A stretch of 64,000 nt of DNA, from NCBI GenBank assembly GCA_965213925.1, contig OZ243927.1:1984001-2048000 (forward strand), read 5' to 3'. This document shows positions 1 to 8,673 of the stretch, piece after piece (the first letter of the stretch is position 1; the number at the start of each line of letters is the position of its first letter). Origin of the DNA: Trueperaceae bacterium. GTDB taxonomy: Bacteria; Deinococcota; Deinococci; Deinococcales; Trueperaceae. The position numbers were made by a program, and so were the translations under genes. The notes under the pieces were generated by a model that was not told the DNA's origin, made no database searches, and worked only from the letters and a program-made list of their open reading frames with translations.

Positions 1-2
1 AT

Positions 3-449
3 CAGCGCGAAGCCCGCCGCGAACGCGCCCCACAGCGCGGCCCTGGTTTGGGGGTGGCGCGCCGAGAGCCGGAAGCGCTCCTCCGGCGAGACCCTACGGC
101 GGCGCAAGAGGGTCAGACCCGCCATGAGCCCGACGAAGAGCGACAGGGTGAGGGTGACGCTCGCGAGGCGTATGCCCCAAGGCGTGTAGTTGAGCAGCAG
201 CCCTAACAGGGGGACGACGGCGACCGACAGCCCTAGGCAGAGCGCGAGCCGCTCGGCGGCGGCGAGGTCGTCTTTTTTAGGAAATAGAGCGGCGGTGAGC
301 GCGTACCCTGGCGCGACCAAAACGAAGGCGAGCCCGAGGACGACGCGAACGGGCGAGTGCCACGTCGGGACGAGCAGCGTAACCCCTAGAACGAGCAGGG
401 TGAGCACGGTGAGGCCGACCAGATCGGTGTGGGGTTGGGCGCGTTTCAT
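3..449 (-). CDS. DUF1616-family membrane protein (N-terminal part; runs off the left edge)
   Basis: Not in the ORF track because it is truncated. Hand translation from ATG 449: MKRAQPHTDLVGL...RVVLGLAFVLVAPGYALTAALFP...ERLALCLGLSVAVVPLLGLLLNYTPWGIR, the typical DUF1616 N-terminal signature. Confidence 0.8.
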   Translation of the reverse strand, partial: MKRAQPHTDLVGLTVLTLLVLGVTLLVPTWHSPVRVVLGLAFVLVAPGYALTAALFPKKDDLAAAERLALCLGLSVAVVPLLGLLLNYTPWGIRLASVTLTLSLFVGLMAGLTLLRRRRVSPEERFRLSARHPQTRAALWGAFAAGFAL

Positions 450-515
450 CTCGAGAGTTAGCCTACCTCTAGGCGCGCCGACGCGACTTTGAAATTTTTC
501 ACACTGGGCTGCTGA

Positions 516-677
516 TAGCAGGTATACCCACTGACGCCGGGCTTACGTAGTTTTGACTTCCGTCAAACAGGTCATCTGGTCAGAAACACGCTCACTTGAA
601 AAAGCATTGACCAGCACGTACATTCGGGAATGATACTTGCGTTATTCCAGTTCAGTACTTCTGTAAATTGCTGTATA
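516..677. repeat. Repeat family A (MITE-like), copy 1, with a 47-nt insert
   Basis: Starts TAGCAGGTAT, shares the core CATCTGGT..AAACACGCTCACTTGAAA..AGCACG.AC.TTCG..ATGATAC with the other copies, ends AATTGCTGTATA. Confidence 0.75.
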
Positions 678-707
678 ACGTCGGCGGGGCGTCTAGCCCT
701 TATATAC

Positions 708-743
708 AAGAAGCCCGGCCGCTTCTAATCAGCCGAGCTTCTT
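708..743 (-). terminator. Hairpin downstream of the 83-aa gene (possible terminator)
   Basis: AAGAAGCCCGGC ... GCCGAGCTTCTT inverted repeat, 11 of 12 pairs. Confidence 0.45.
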
Positions 744-759
744 ATCCAGGGTCGGTCCT

Positions 760-1011
760 CTAGGCGAGGACCGACACGACTTTGGCAACGGTCGTTGCGG
801 CGAATGAGAAAAGCAGCGGCACCGTGCCTACGTTGAGGGCGCGGCTGAGGCGCTGCGCGCGCGGGCTGTCCGAAGCGCTCGCGACTTCTTTGGCGACAAG
901 TAGCGTGACAAGTAGGACCACCGCTATCACGCCCAACGTCACGGTGACGGGGTCGGCCGTGGTCGTCGCGGTCGCCGTTGCTGCTGCGGTCGCTGTTGTG
1001 GTTGTAACCAT
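760..1011 (-). CDS. Small membrane protein with a Thr/Ala-rich N-terminus and two hydrophobic helices
   Basis: 83 aa; GGAG-type SD upstream; MVTTTTATAAAT..., helix 1 ending in AKE, helix 2 LNVGTVPLLFSFAATTVAKV; co-oriented with the DUF1616 gene. Confidence 0.7.
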   Translation of the reverse strand: MVTTTTATAAATATATTTADPVTVTLGVIAVVLLVTLLVAKEVASASDSPRAQRLSRALNVGTVPLLFSFAATTVAKVVSVLA

Positions 1012-1186
1012 CTGTACTCCTCTCTATGGTAACGCGACTCTGTTGGGATGCTAGGAGCGTACCTAAGCAAGAGTGAGCCGTCGTAGAAATCATAAGTCGG
1101 GTGCGGTATGTGGCGAAGTGAAAAACGTCATAGCCTGTAAAGAGACGAACGCTGTAGAAGGGAGCGCGCAGCTCGCCGACATCACG

Positions 1187-2677
1187 TCAGCGGCACGTCT
1201 CCGGCTGAACGAGGCTCACCTTAGCCGCGTCCGGTCCGCTAGCGCGATTGTTCCTCGTCTCGGCGTCCGGCGTCGTGAGGATGACGCCGAGGTAATAGTT
1301 GCCTTCTGAGCAAGCGGGTAGCTCGAGCGCGGGAACCTCCACACGCACAGAACTTATAGGGTTGAACGTCCACTCGAAGGTGTGGGAGGAGAGCGCGAGG
1401 TCGGCCGTGCTGATCGTGTCGTTCGCCGAAAGGTAAACCGTGCCTATGACCGGACCGCTCACCGAAGACGCGCCGTAGTTGTGAACGAGATAGGAGAGGC
1501 TGCGAGTGCCAGCTTGCGCACCCTCAGCGACGCGCACATCGAGCGCGTGCAGGTCGGCGGCGTCCGGGGTGGCGCGGGTGATGGTCTCGTCTGTCCAGGT
1601 GACCATGGACCGGGTGAGGCGCGCGTCCCACGTCCGACCGAACTTGCCGTTAGAGAGAACCGCCCAAACGACGCCCGACTCGGTCGCGCCGGCCCCGCTT
1701 TCGCCTCCGTAAGAAGACCGCTCGGACCACACCTCGTTGCCGTACCACGTGCCGTCGGGGTTACTCTCGCAGCCGCCGAACGTGCTCACGTCCTCGACCA
1801 TGTTCTCGCCGTTAAAGGGCGACGCGGGCGCGGCGGGGTAGCTGAGGTAGCCGAACGCACCCTCCGTAAAGAAGGCGCAGCGGTCGCTCGCGCCGTACCC
1901 GCGCCAACCCGTGAGAGCCCCGATGGGCCGCTCGAGCCTGATCCAGCCCACGTCCCAGTCGAAGTCGCGCGCTTCGCGCCAGCCTCCCCAAACGTAGAGC
2001 TGCGCCGCCACCGCGCCGCCCCAGGGTGCTGTCCCTTCCCCGTAGCCCGGCACGACGGTGGTTTCCACGTTATAACCGCTGTCATGGTCGTACAGACAGT
2101 GCCCTGCGGTGAGCACCCACCGCGGGTCGATCAGCGTGCCCGAGCAGGCCCAGTAGGTGATGTCGCCGCCGCGCTCCTGGCGCGTCAAGAAGACCTTGAC
2201 GTGCTTCGCGTTGGGGGATTGGGTCGGGTCGGCGACTAAAGAGGGTGAGGACTGGGCGCGAGCGAGTTCGCTCAGGGCTGAGCGAAGGTCGTCGCTATCT
2301 CCAGATGACGTCTCGGCATGGTACGCGACTTCGCCCGGTGCAGTCTCGACACGCTCGGTTCTCGTCTGGACGTCGAAGCGCACAACGTCGCCACGTCGCG
2401 AGGGAGGTGAAGCCGCCCCGGTTCGCCGCGGCAGGGGGAGCGGCAGGTACGTCTCGTACGCTTCGCTCTCTAGCCCTTTGGTCTGCAGGTCATTTCGGTC
2501 CGCCGCCGCCTCGTCTTCACCGAACACCGGAACCGAAACGGCGTCTAAGGTCTCCGCTGTCACTCCGTGCCGCGCGCCGCTACGTTCCTCATAGAACACG
2601 TTGTCTAAAGGGATGCTGCTGCTTTGGTTGCAGGCAGTTACGGTAAGTAGTAGTAGTAATGCAACGATGAGCGGCAC
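1187..2677 (-). CDS. Trypsin-like (glutamyl endopeptidase-type) serine protease lipoprotein with a C-terminal CARDB/Ig-like domain
   Basis: Lipobox VTAC; CSGTLIDPRWVLTAGHC (His), DWDVG (Asp), GGESG (Ser); C-terminal beta-rich domain with YLSANDTI...GNYYLGVI...NN. Confidence 0.8.
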   Translation of the reverse strand: MPLIVALLLLLTVTACNQSSSIPLDNVFYEERSGARHGVTAETLDAVSVPVFGEDEAAADRNDLQTKGLESEAYETYLPLPLPRRTGAASPPSRRGDVVRFDVQTRTERVETAPGEVAYHAETSSGDSDDLRSALSELARAQSSPSLVADPTQSPNAKHVKVFLTRQERGGDITYWACSGTLIDPRWVLTAGHCLYDHDSGYNVETTVVPGYGEGTAPWGGAVAAQLYVWGGWREARDFDWDVGWIRLERPIGALTGWRGYGASDRCAFFTEGAFGYLSYPAAPASPFNGENMVEDVSTFGGCESNPDGTWYGNEVWSERSSYGGESGAGATESGVVWAVLSNGKFGRTWDARLTRSMVTWTDETITRATPDAADLHALDVRVAEGAQAGTRSLSYLVHNYGASSVSGPVIGTVYLSANDTISTADLALSSHTFEWTFNPISSVRVEVPALELPACSEGNYYLGVILTTPDAETRNNRASGPDAAKVSLVQPETCR

Positions 2678-2868
2678 GCGGTCTCCTAGTTCTGAATACG
2701 GTGTGCAGACACGCTTTGTCTGGCTTATTCAGAGCTTAAAAAGGAGGGCGTTACGCGGGCGTTCCCGAAGCGGCGAGTCGTGCGGTGAATGGCGGCTCGA
2801 GCCAGCAGCCATCCACCGACCGTTCGCTCAGCGAACAGTCGTACATCTGGGTAAAGAAGGGTCTGAGT

Positions 2869-2905
2869 TTTAGAAAGTCCAGGGTTTAGAAAGTCCAGGG
2901 TTTAG
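2869..2905. repeat. 16-bp tandem repeat (about 2.3 units)
   Basis: TTTAGAAAGTCCAGGG twice, then TTTAG; intergenic. Confidence 0.7.
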
Positions 2906-2950
2906 GACATACTAGTGCGCTGTCCGCTCACCGCATTCAGTGAGCGTTCG

Positions 2951-4381
2951 TCACACCCCATTTGGTGGGTGAAAGAGCCGCCTATAAAGCTCCTGGAACT
3001 GCTTATAGGCTTGCGCCAGCTCGGAGTTTTCATTCGGACGGACGAGCGAACCTTGTGCAAGGGCGAGCGGTACGTCTTCCCCCTGTGACACCGCCGCTAA
3101 GCGCGCCGCGCCGCGCGCGGAGGCGTCGGGGAGGGTAACGGGCTCGAGGTCGACGTTGAGCACATCCGCCAAGAGCTGCTGCCACCTCTCGTCTTTGGTC
3201 CCGCCACCCGCCAAGCGCAACTTGTCTACCGTCTCCTCGGTTGCTTGGAGCGCCGCGAAGCCGTCCGCGATAGAGAACGCCACGCCTTCTAAAGCGGCGC
3301 GGGCGAAGTGCGCTTCTGTGTGACGCCGCGACGCTAGGAGCCAGCCGCCGCGCGCGTCCGGGTTGAGGTGCGGCGTCCGCTCTCCCGTGAGGTATGGCAA
3401 GAAGGTGAGGCCGTCAGCGCCGGGGGCGACACCCTCGAAGCCCTCATACATCTCGTCCCACGTCAAATCCAGAAGTTCACGCGCCCATTCGAGTGCCAAG
3501 CCCGCGTTTTGCAGCGCCGCTAGTTTATAAAACTGACCGCCGGAAGTCGCCCGGAAGAGGTGCAACCCCCTTTCTGGCGCGCCGTCTGGCGTCTCGGTCA
3601 GGAGGACAATCTGCGCGCCGCTACCCACCGTGAGCTGCGCCTCGCCGACGGCGAGCCCGCTGCCGTAAATCGCTGCCGCCGTATCTCCTGCGCCCGTCGT
3701 GACGGGGAGGTCCGCCCTCAGCCCTAACGCCTCCGCCGCTTCGGGCTGGAGCGACCCCGCCACCTCAGCCGACGCTCTGAGCGGGGCGAGCAAGTTCGGG
3801 CGAAGCCCCAAGCGTTCCGTGGTCTGCCCCGCCCAGCGGTCCTCCGCTACATCGTAGAGCAGCGTGCCCGAGGCGTCCGAGGGGTCGCTGTACGCTTCGC
3901 CCGTCAGCCGCAGCCGGAGCCAGTCCTTGGGTTGCAGCGCCCAGCGCGCCCCCTTATAGACCTCCGGCTCGTGCTCGCGTAGCCAGAGCAGCGTCGGCCC
4001 CGCCATGCCTACTACGAGCGGATTGGCGAGGGCGTTGCGCTGTTCTTCGGGGAGGTCGCGGTAGACCGCTAACTGTTCGGCGCTGCGGCCGTCCGACCAG
4101 AGGACCGCGGGGCGCAGCGGGCTGCCGTTATCATCGCAGAGGACGACGCCGTGCATCTGCCCCGAGAAGCCGATCCCGCGGACCTCTTTGCCGCGCTCGC
4201 CTACAGCGTCACGGACGGCCGTCACGGCGGCGTCCCACCACGCTTCGGGGTCGCTCTCCGACCAGCCCGGTCGGGGGGCGTCGACCTCGTAAGTCGCGCG
4301 ACCCTCGCCGACTACGTCGCCGTCCTCGCCGAAGAGCTGCGCCTTGAGTGAAAGCGTTCCCAAGTCGATTCCGAGCCACAT
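2951..4381 (-). CDS. xylB: Xylulokinase (FGGY family), copy 1
   Basis: GIDLGT, FSGQMHG, PKDWLR, SDASGT, PYLTGERTP motifs. Confidence 0.85.
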   Translation of the reverse strand: MWLGIDLGTLSLKAQLFGEDGDVVGEGRATYEVDAPRPGWSESDPEAWWDAAVTAVRDAVGERGKEVRGIGFSGQMHGVVLCDDNGSPLRPAVLWSDGRSAEQLAVYRDLPEEQRNALANPLVVGMAGPTLLWLREHEPEVYKGARWALQPKDWLRLRLTGEAYSDPSDASGTLLYDVAEDRWAGQTTERLGLRPNLLAPLRASAEVAGSLQPEAAEALGLRADLPVTTGAGDTAAAIYGSGLAVGEAQLTVGSGAQIVLLTETPDGAPERGLHLFRATSGGQFYKLAALQNAGLALEWARELLDLTWDEMYEGFEGVAPGADGLTFLPYLTGERTPHLNPDARGGWLLASRRHTEAHFARAALEGVAFSIADGFAALQATEETVDKLRLAGGGTKDERWQQLLADVLNVDLEPVTLPDASARGAARLAAVSQGEDVPLALAQGSLVRPNENSELAQAYKQFQELYRRLFHPPNGV

Positions 4382-4457
4382 AATCTAGGTCACCATAGCT
4401 CAAATCGTCCCGCTTAGAGGTCCGCTTACGAGCCGCATTTCCGCCTCAGCACTCACC

Positions 4458-5870
4458 CTACGCCGCCTCCCCCGCGCGCTTTATGCCGAGCTTGCGGCGC
4501 ATCGCCTCCAAGGGTATCCCTTTCGTCTCCGGCATGACGAACAGCACCCAGAGGAGCTGCAGCACCATGAAGCAGAAGAAGATGGCGAACGTCCCCGCCG
4601 TCGACCAGCCGACCAGAGCCGGGAAAAAGAGCGAGACGACGAAGTTCATCGCCCAGTGCGTGAACACCCCCAGCGACTGACCGCGCGCGCGCACCTCGTT
4701 CGGGAAAATCTCGCTGATAAAGACCCAGATGACTGCGCCTTGACCGAAGGCGTGCGCGGCGACGAACAGCATGAGGCTCACGAGCACGAGCGTATCGGCG
4801 TTGCCGATGGCGGCGGCGGCTTGCGCCGAGCCTCCCTGCGCCTGCTGAAAAAGCTCCCCGAACCGAAAGAACGCATACGTGACCGTTCCTAAACTCAGCA
4901 GATAACCCACCGAGCAGACCAGCATCAACTTGCGCCGCCCAAAGGAGTCGATGATCGCCAGCGCCGCCGCCGTCGCGACGAAGTTCGCCCCGCCGATGAG
5001 CACGGTGTTGAGAAGCGCTGCATTTTCGCCCGCGCCCGCCAGCGTAAAGATGCGCGGCGCGTAGTAGAGCACCGCGTTGATGCCCGAGAGCTGGTTAAAG
5101 AGCCCGATGGCGATGGCTAAGAGAATCGGCGTCCGGTACTTAGCCTGGAACAGGGGGACGCGCCCGCCGCCCGTCTCTTCGTTCAGCTCACGCTGAATCT
5201 TGTCGATCTCCTCGTCGGGGGTGCCCTCATCGGTGCCGGTGCGCTCCATAATCGCGCGCGCTTCGTCCTCGCGGTCATTGGCGATGAGCCAGCGCGGGCT
5301 GTCGGGCACGGTGAAGAGAAAGCCTAGAAAGAGAACCGCGGGCACCGCCTCGACGCCGAACATCCAGCGCCAATCGGAGGGACCCAGCCCCAGCGAGCCG
5401 ATGATGTAGTTTGAAAGCTGCGCGATCAAGATGCCGACGACGATATTGAACTGAAAGGTCGCGGTCATGCGCCCGCGGTACTGGGCTGGGGAGAGTTCGG
5501 AGACGTACATGGGCGCGATAACGGCAGCGCCGCCGACGCCGATACCCCCGATGAAGCGGAACACGATAAAGACCCACCAGTTCCAAGCTAAGGCGCTGCC
5601 GAGCGCGCTCACGAGAAAGAGAAGCGCTAAAACGTAGAGCATCGCGCGCCGCCCGAAGCGGTCCGCCGGGTCGCCCGCGGTGAGCGCGCCGAGGATGGTG
5701 CCTACGAGCGCACTCGAGACCGTAAACCCGAGCCAGAAGTTGGACAGCTCGAAGACGCGCTGCAAGTCGTCGTTGGTGCCGGAAATCACCGCGGTGTCGA
5801 AGCCGAAGAGCAGACCGCCCAGCCCGGCGACGAGCGCGCAGGTGAGTACGTAGCGCTGCTGCGCGCTCAT
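4458..5870 (-). CDS. Sugar porter family MFS transporter (XylE/AraE-like)
   Basis: GGLLFGFDTAVISG, DRFGRR, NQLSGINAVLYYAP, PETKG motifs. Confidence 0.9.
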   Translation of the reverse strand: MSAQQRYVLTCALVAGLGGLLFGFDTAVISGTNDDLQRVFELSNFWLGFTVSSALVGTILGALTAGDPADRFGRRAMLYVLALLFLVSALGSALAWNWWVFIVFRFIGGIGVGGAAVIAPMYVSELSPAQYRGRMTATFQFNIVVGILIAQLSNYIIGSLGLGPSDWRWMFGVEAVPAVLFLGFLFTVPDSPRWLIANDREDEARAIMERTGTDEGTPDEEIDKIQRELNEETGGGRVPLFQAKYRTPILLAIAIGLFNQLSGINAVLYYAPRIFTLAGAGENAALLNTVLIGGANFVATAAALAIIDSFGRRKLMLVCSVGYLLSLGTVTYAFFRFGELFQQAQGGSAQAAAAIGNADTLVLVSLMLFVAAHAFGQGAVIWVFISEIFPNEVRARGQSLGVFTHWAMNFVVSLFFPALVGWSTAGTFAIFFCFMVLQLLWVLFVMPETKGIPLEAMRRKLGIKRAGEAA

Positions 5871-6099
5871 GAGGCGGCACCCTGTGATCGAGCGGGTAAC
5901 AGTAGCGAAATAACGACCGTTCGTGTCATGACCTCCCCCATCCTTTCGGTCAACCCTATGCTTACCTTCACGAGCGTAGATTTCGGTTTTCAGGCATGTT
6001 CTGAGGCACTATAAGCTGTACTTGGCGATAGATGCAACTGCTTTGTACTCGAGGTCGTACAAGATGTCGGTCAAATGGAGCAATGCGCCGAGTAGAGCG

Positions 6100-6882
6100 T
6101 TAGCTAAGCTGTCCGACGATCTTTTTCAGCGACCGGAAACCCTGCACGAGCCCCGGTCCTGGTCTGCCTAAGTCCGCTTCGGGAACGCAGTAAATCTGTC
6201 CGCGCTTAACCGCCTCGACGCCCTGCCAAGCGGGGTTACGGCGGACGACGTCGGGGCGCACCTTTTCCGGCGCGACGCCGCACCAGCTTAGAATGATGGC
6301 GTCCGGGTTGATCCAGGCGACCTCTTCGTCGGTGAGGGGTCGGCTTTTGACCGCTTCGTTGCCTAGCGGGTTCTGCCCGCCTGCTCTCCCGATAAGGTCG
6401 TCCACCCAACTGAGCTGCCCCGGCGCGATGACGGGTTTGGGCCACCACTGGACGAGGAGTTTGGGGGCGGAAGGGACCAGGCTCGAGACCCCATCCAAAC
6501 GTTCGCGCATTTCCTCCGCCAACCGCTCTCCCCGTTCCGGCACGCCTAAATGTTGGGCTATCTCGAGCACATCCCCGAACACGTCCTCTAAACTCACAGG
6601 CTCCGGCGCGTAGTAGGGGAGACCTGCGCGCTGCAAACCCGCGATGACCTCTTCATGCCCCGGCACCGTGAGTGAGGCGAGCACGAGGTCGGGCTCGAGC
6701 GCCGCCACCGCCGCGATGTCGATGTGTAGGTCGGGTCCGAGCTTTGGTAAGCGCGAGACGACCTCGCGCGGTCTATCCGAGTGAGCATCCACCCCGACGA
6801 GCCGGTCCGCGCACCCTAACGCGCAGACAATTTCGGTGTTCGAGCAAGCGAGTGAGACGACGCGCACGGTTGACCTCTTCAA
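6100..6882 (-). CDS. Cobalamin/Fe-siderophore-type binding protein (BtuF-like)
   Basis: RVVSLACSNTEIVCALG...LVGVD, LEPDLVL, RPGP motifs; next to a corrinoid adenosyltransferase. Confidence 0.8.
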   Translation of the reverse strand: MKRSTVRVVSLACSNTEIVCALGCADRLVGVDAHSDRPREVVSRLPKLGPDLHIDIAAVAALEPDLVLASLTVPGHEEVIAGLQRAGLPYYAPEPVSLEDVFGDVLEIAQHLGVPERGERLAEEMRERLDGVSSLVPSAPKLLVQWWPKPVIAPGQLSWVDDLIGRAGGQNPLGNEAVKSRPLTDEEVAWINPDAIILSWCGVAPEKVRPDVVRRNPAWQGVEAVKRGQIYCVPEADLGRPGPGLVQGFRSLKKIVGQLS

Positions 6883-7003
6883 TCTTCTATCCTCAATTTT
6901 TGGCGGCGTACCACGTTGCGCCTATCGAACTGCGCGAAGCTCGTGAGAGAGGTGATACAGTGTCCGCGCACGAATAAAAAAGGGCACCTTTAATCTCTTA
7001 TCT

Positions 7004-7582
7004 TCAGTCTTCGACCGCTTCGGGGCGCTCGCGTCCTTTGACGTGCCACTCGGTTTCGGACACGCCTGCGCGTGCGTTCACCACCCGCGACATCACGAAG
7101 AGAAGGTCCGAGAGCCTGTTGAGGTACACGCCGACGTGTTCATTGACCTCCGCCTCGTGCATCAGCTCCACGACTTTGCGCTCCGCGCGGCGCGTGACGC
7201 CTCTCGCGACGTGCAGGGCTGCCGCCGCCGGATGGCCGCCCGGCAAGATGAAGTTTTGTAAGGGCGAAAGCTCCTCTTCTAACGTATCGATGAGCTTCTC
7301 AACGTGCGCCACGTCCTCTTCGTCTATCGGCACGATGTTCTCGCGGTAGCGTGAGCCGTGCGGCGAGGCTAAGTCCGCGCCTAAGTCAAAGAGGGCGTTT
7401 TGTAGCTTGGCGAGTTCGCTACCTAAGGCTTCGTCCGCTAGGTGCGCCCGCGCCGCGCCTAGCGCCGCGTTCGCCTCGTCCACCGTGCCGTACGCGCTTA
7501 CCCGCCGCGCATCTTTGGAGACGCGCTCGCCGCCGTAGAGGGCGGTGGTGCCCTTATCGCCTGTTTTGGTGTAGATTTTCAT
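7004..7582 (-). CDS. PduO-type cob(I)alamin adenosyltransferase
   Basis: MKIYTKTGDKG, AYGTVDEAN, FILPGG, RRAER, YLNRLSDLLF; start moved to ATG 7582. Confidence 0.92.
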   Translation of the reverse strand: MKIYTKTGDKGTTALYGGERVSKDARRVSAYGTVDEANAALGAARAHLADEALGSELAKLQNALFDLGADLASPHGSRYRENIVPIDEEDVAHVEKLIDTLEEELSPLQNFILPGGHPAAAALHVARGVTRRAERKVVELMHEAEVNEHVGVYLNRLSDLLFVMSRVVNARAGVSETEWHVKGRERPEAVED

Positions 7583-7704
7583 CCTTTCAGCATAGCGTAT
7601 GTGAGAGGCTGACAGCACCAGGCTAGGTGTTGGCTTCCGTACATACGCCTTTAATGAGCGAACCACTTCACGGAGCGCCTGTCGTTCCACCCGTACAATA
7701 ACTC

Positions 7705-8121
7705 ATGACTCACTCACCTACGCCTACGGCTCCACTCTTGGAGCACGCTCAGCTAACGGACTACCTCCGTGAGTTGCAAGCCCAATACGACCTAGGGGAT
7801 TGGCAGCTCGAGGTCAAGTTCGTGCCTGAGGCGAGCCTAGGCGCTGGGCGCGCAGCAGAACTCTACTTAGAGGAGCCCTACCGCTACGCCCGCGTTGACC
7901 TAGCGGACAGTCTGCGGGGTGCGCCCTTCAGCGTGGTCGCGCATATTTTAGAGCATGAGGTGCAGCACGTCGCCCTGTGGCCCCTCGACGCGCTCCGGGC
8001 GCTCGTTTTGGAGTGCGTCCCCGACACGCTCTACGGACCGCTAAGAGGTGAGTTCAACCGCGTGAACGAGCGGCTTAGAGCGACCTTAGAGCGCGTGCAA
8101 AAGAAAAGCGCTCCTTTGTGA
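7705..8121 (+). CDS. Hypothetical protein with an HExxH (minimal zincin-like) motif
   Basis: 138 aa, HILEHEVQH; TACAAT just upstream of the ATG. Confidence 0.6.
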   Translation: MTHSPTPTAPLLEHAQLTDYLRELQAQYDLGDWQLEVKFVPEASLGAGRAAELYLEEPYRYARVDLADSLRGAPFSVVAHILEHEVQHVALWPLDALRALVLECVPDTLYGPLRGEFNRVNERLRATLERVQKKSAPL

Positions 8122-8166
8122 AGAGCGCCTAGCAAAGATTGAAGTGTAGGTGACCTACTGGGTTCG

Positions 8167-8385
8167 TCAAACCTGGCTGTTCTGCGTATCTTGCTCCTGC
8201 GCAAAGTTGTCTAGCTCCTCTTTTGCTTGAGCCTGGGAGTAGCCGTAGCGTTCGGAGATACGCTCGGCTAACTTATCCTGTGAATTCTCGCCCTGGGCGA
8301 CGTCCTCAGGGGTGAGCTTGTCGAAACGCTGCTGCAACGAATCCTTGTGTTGGGGGTAGTTACGCTGAATCTCGTCCCACGTCAT
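8167..8385 (-). CDS. CsbD/YjbJ-like general stress protein
   Basis: MTWDEIQ...FDKLTPEDV...ISERYGYSQAQAKEEL; AAGGAG SD before ATG 8385. Confidence 0.8.
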   Translation of the reverse strand: MTWDEIQRNYPQHKDSLQQRFDKLTPEDVAQGENSQDKLAERISERYGYSQAQAKEELDNFAQEQDTQNSQV

Positions 8386-8673
8386 ATGAAGCTCCTTTGC
8401 ACTATTGGTTTGTGGTTTCGGGCTGACCCCCATAGATTAGAGCAAGCGAAGGGGTCTAAGATATAAAAAATTTCATAGTATGTGAGTTTGGTGATATCGA
8501 CGGTTCGGCAGGATTTTCAGCTTTCTTGACCCCCTCATACGGATTCCGATGATAACGGAATGAACGACGAAGGAGGCTCACTCTTGCAGCCTCGGCAACC
8601 ACGCTAGCCGATATCAGAGCCTAAGGGCTATACACAAGGTGCCCTCGTGATTTAATGGTTCCAGAGGTCAACT

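Noticed and set aside
6883..7003. Cobalamin riboswitch before the BtuF-like gene
   Set aside because: The spacer is short and no B12-box or GGGAA motifs were recognised.
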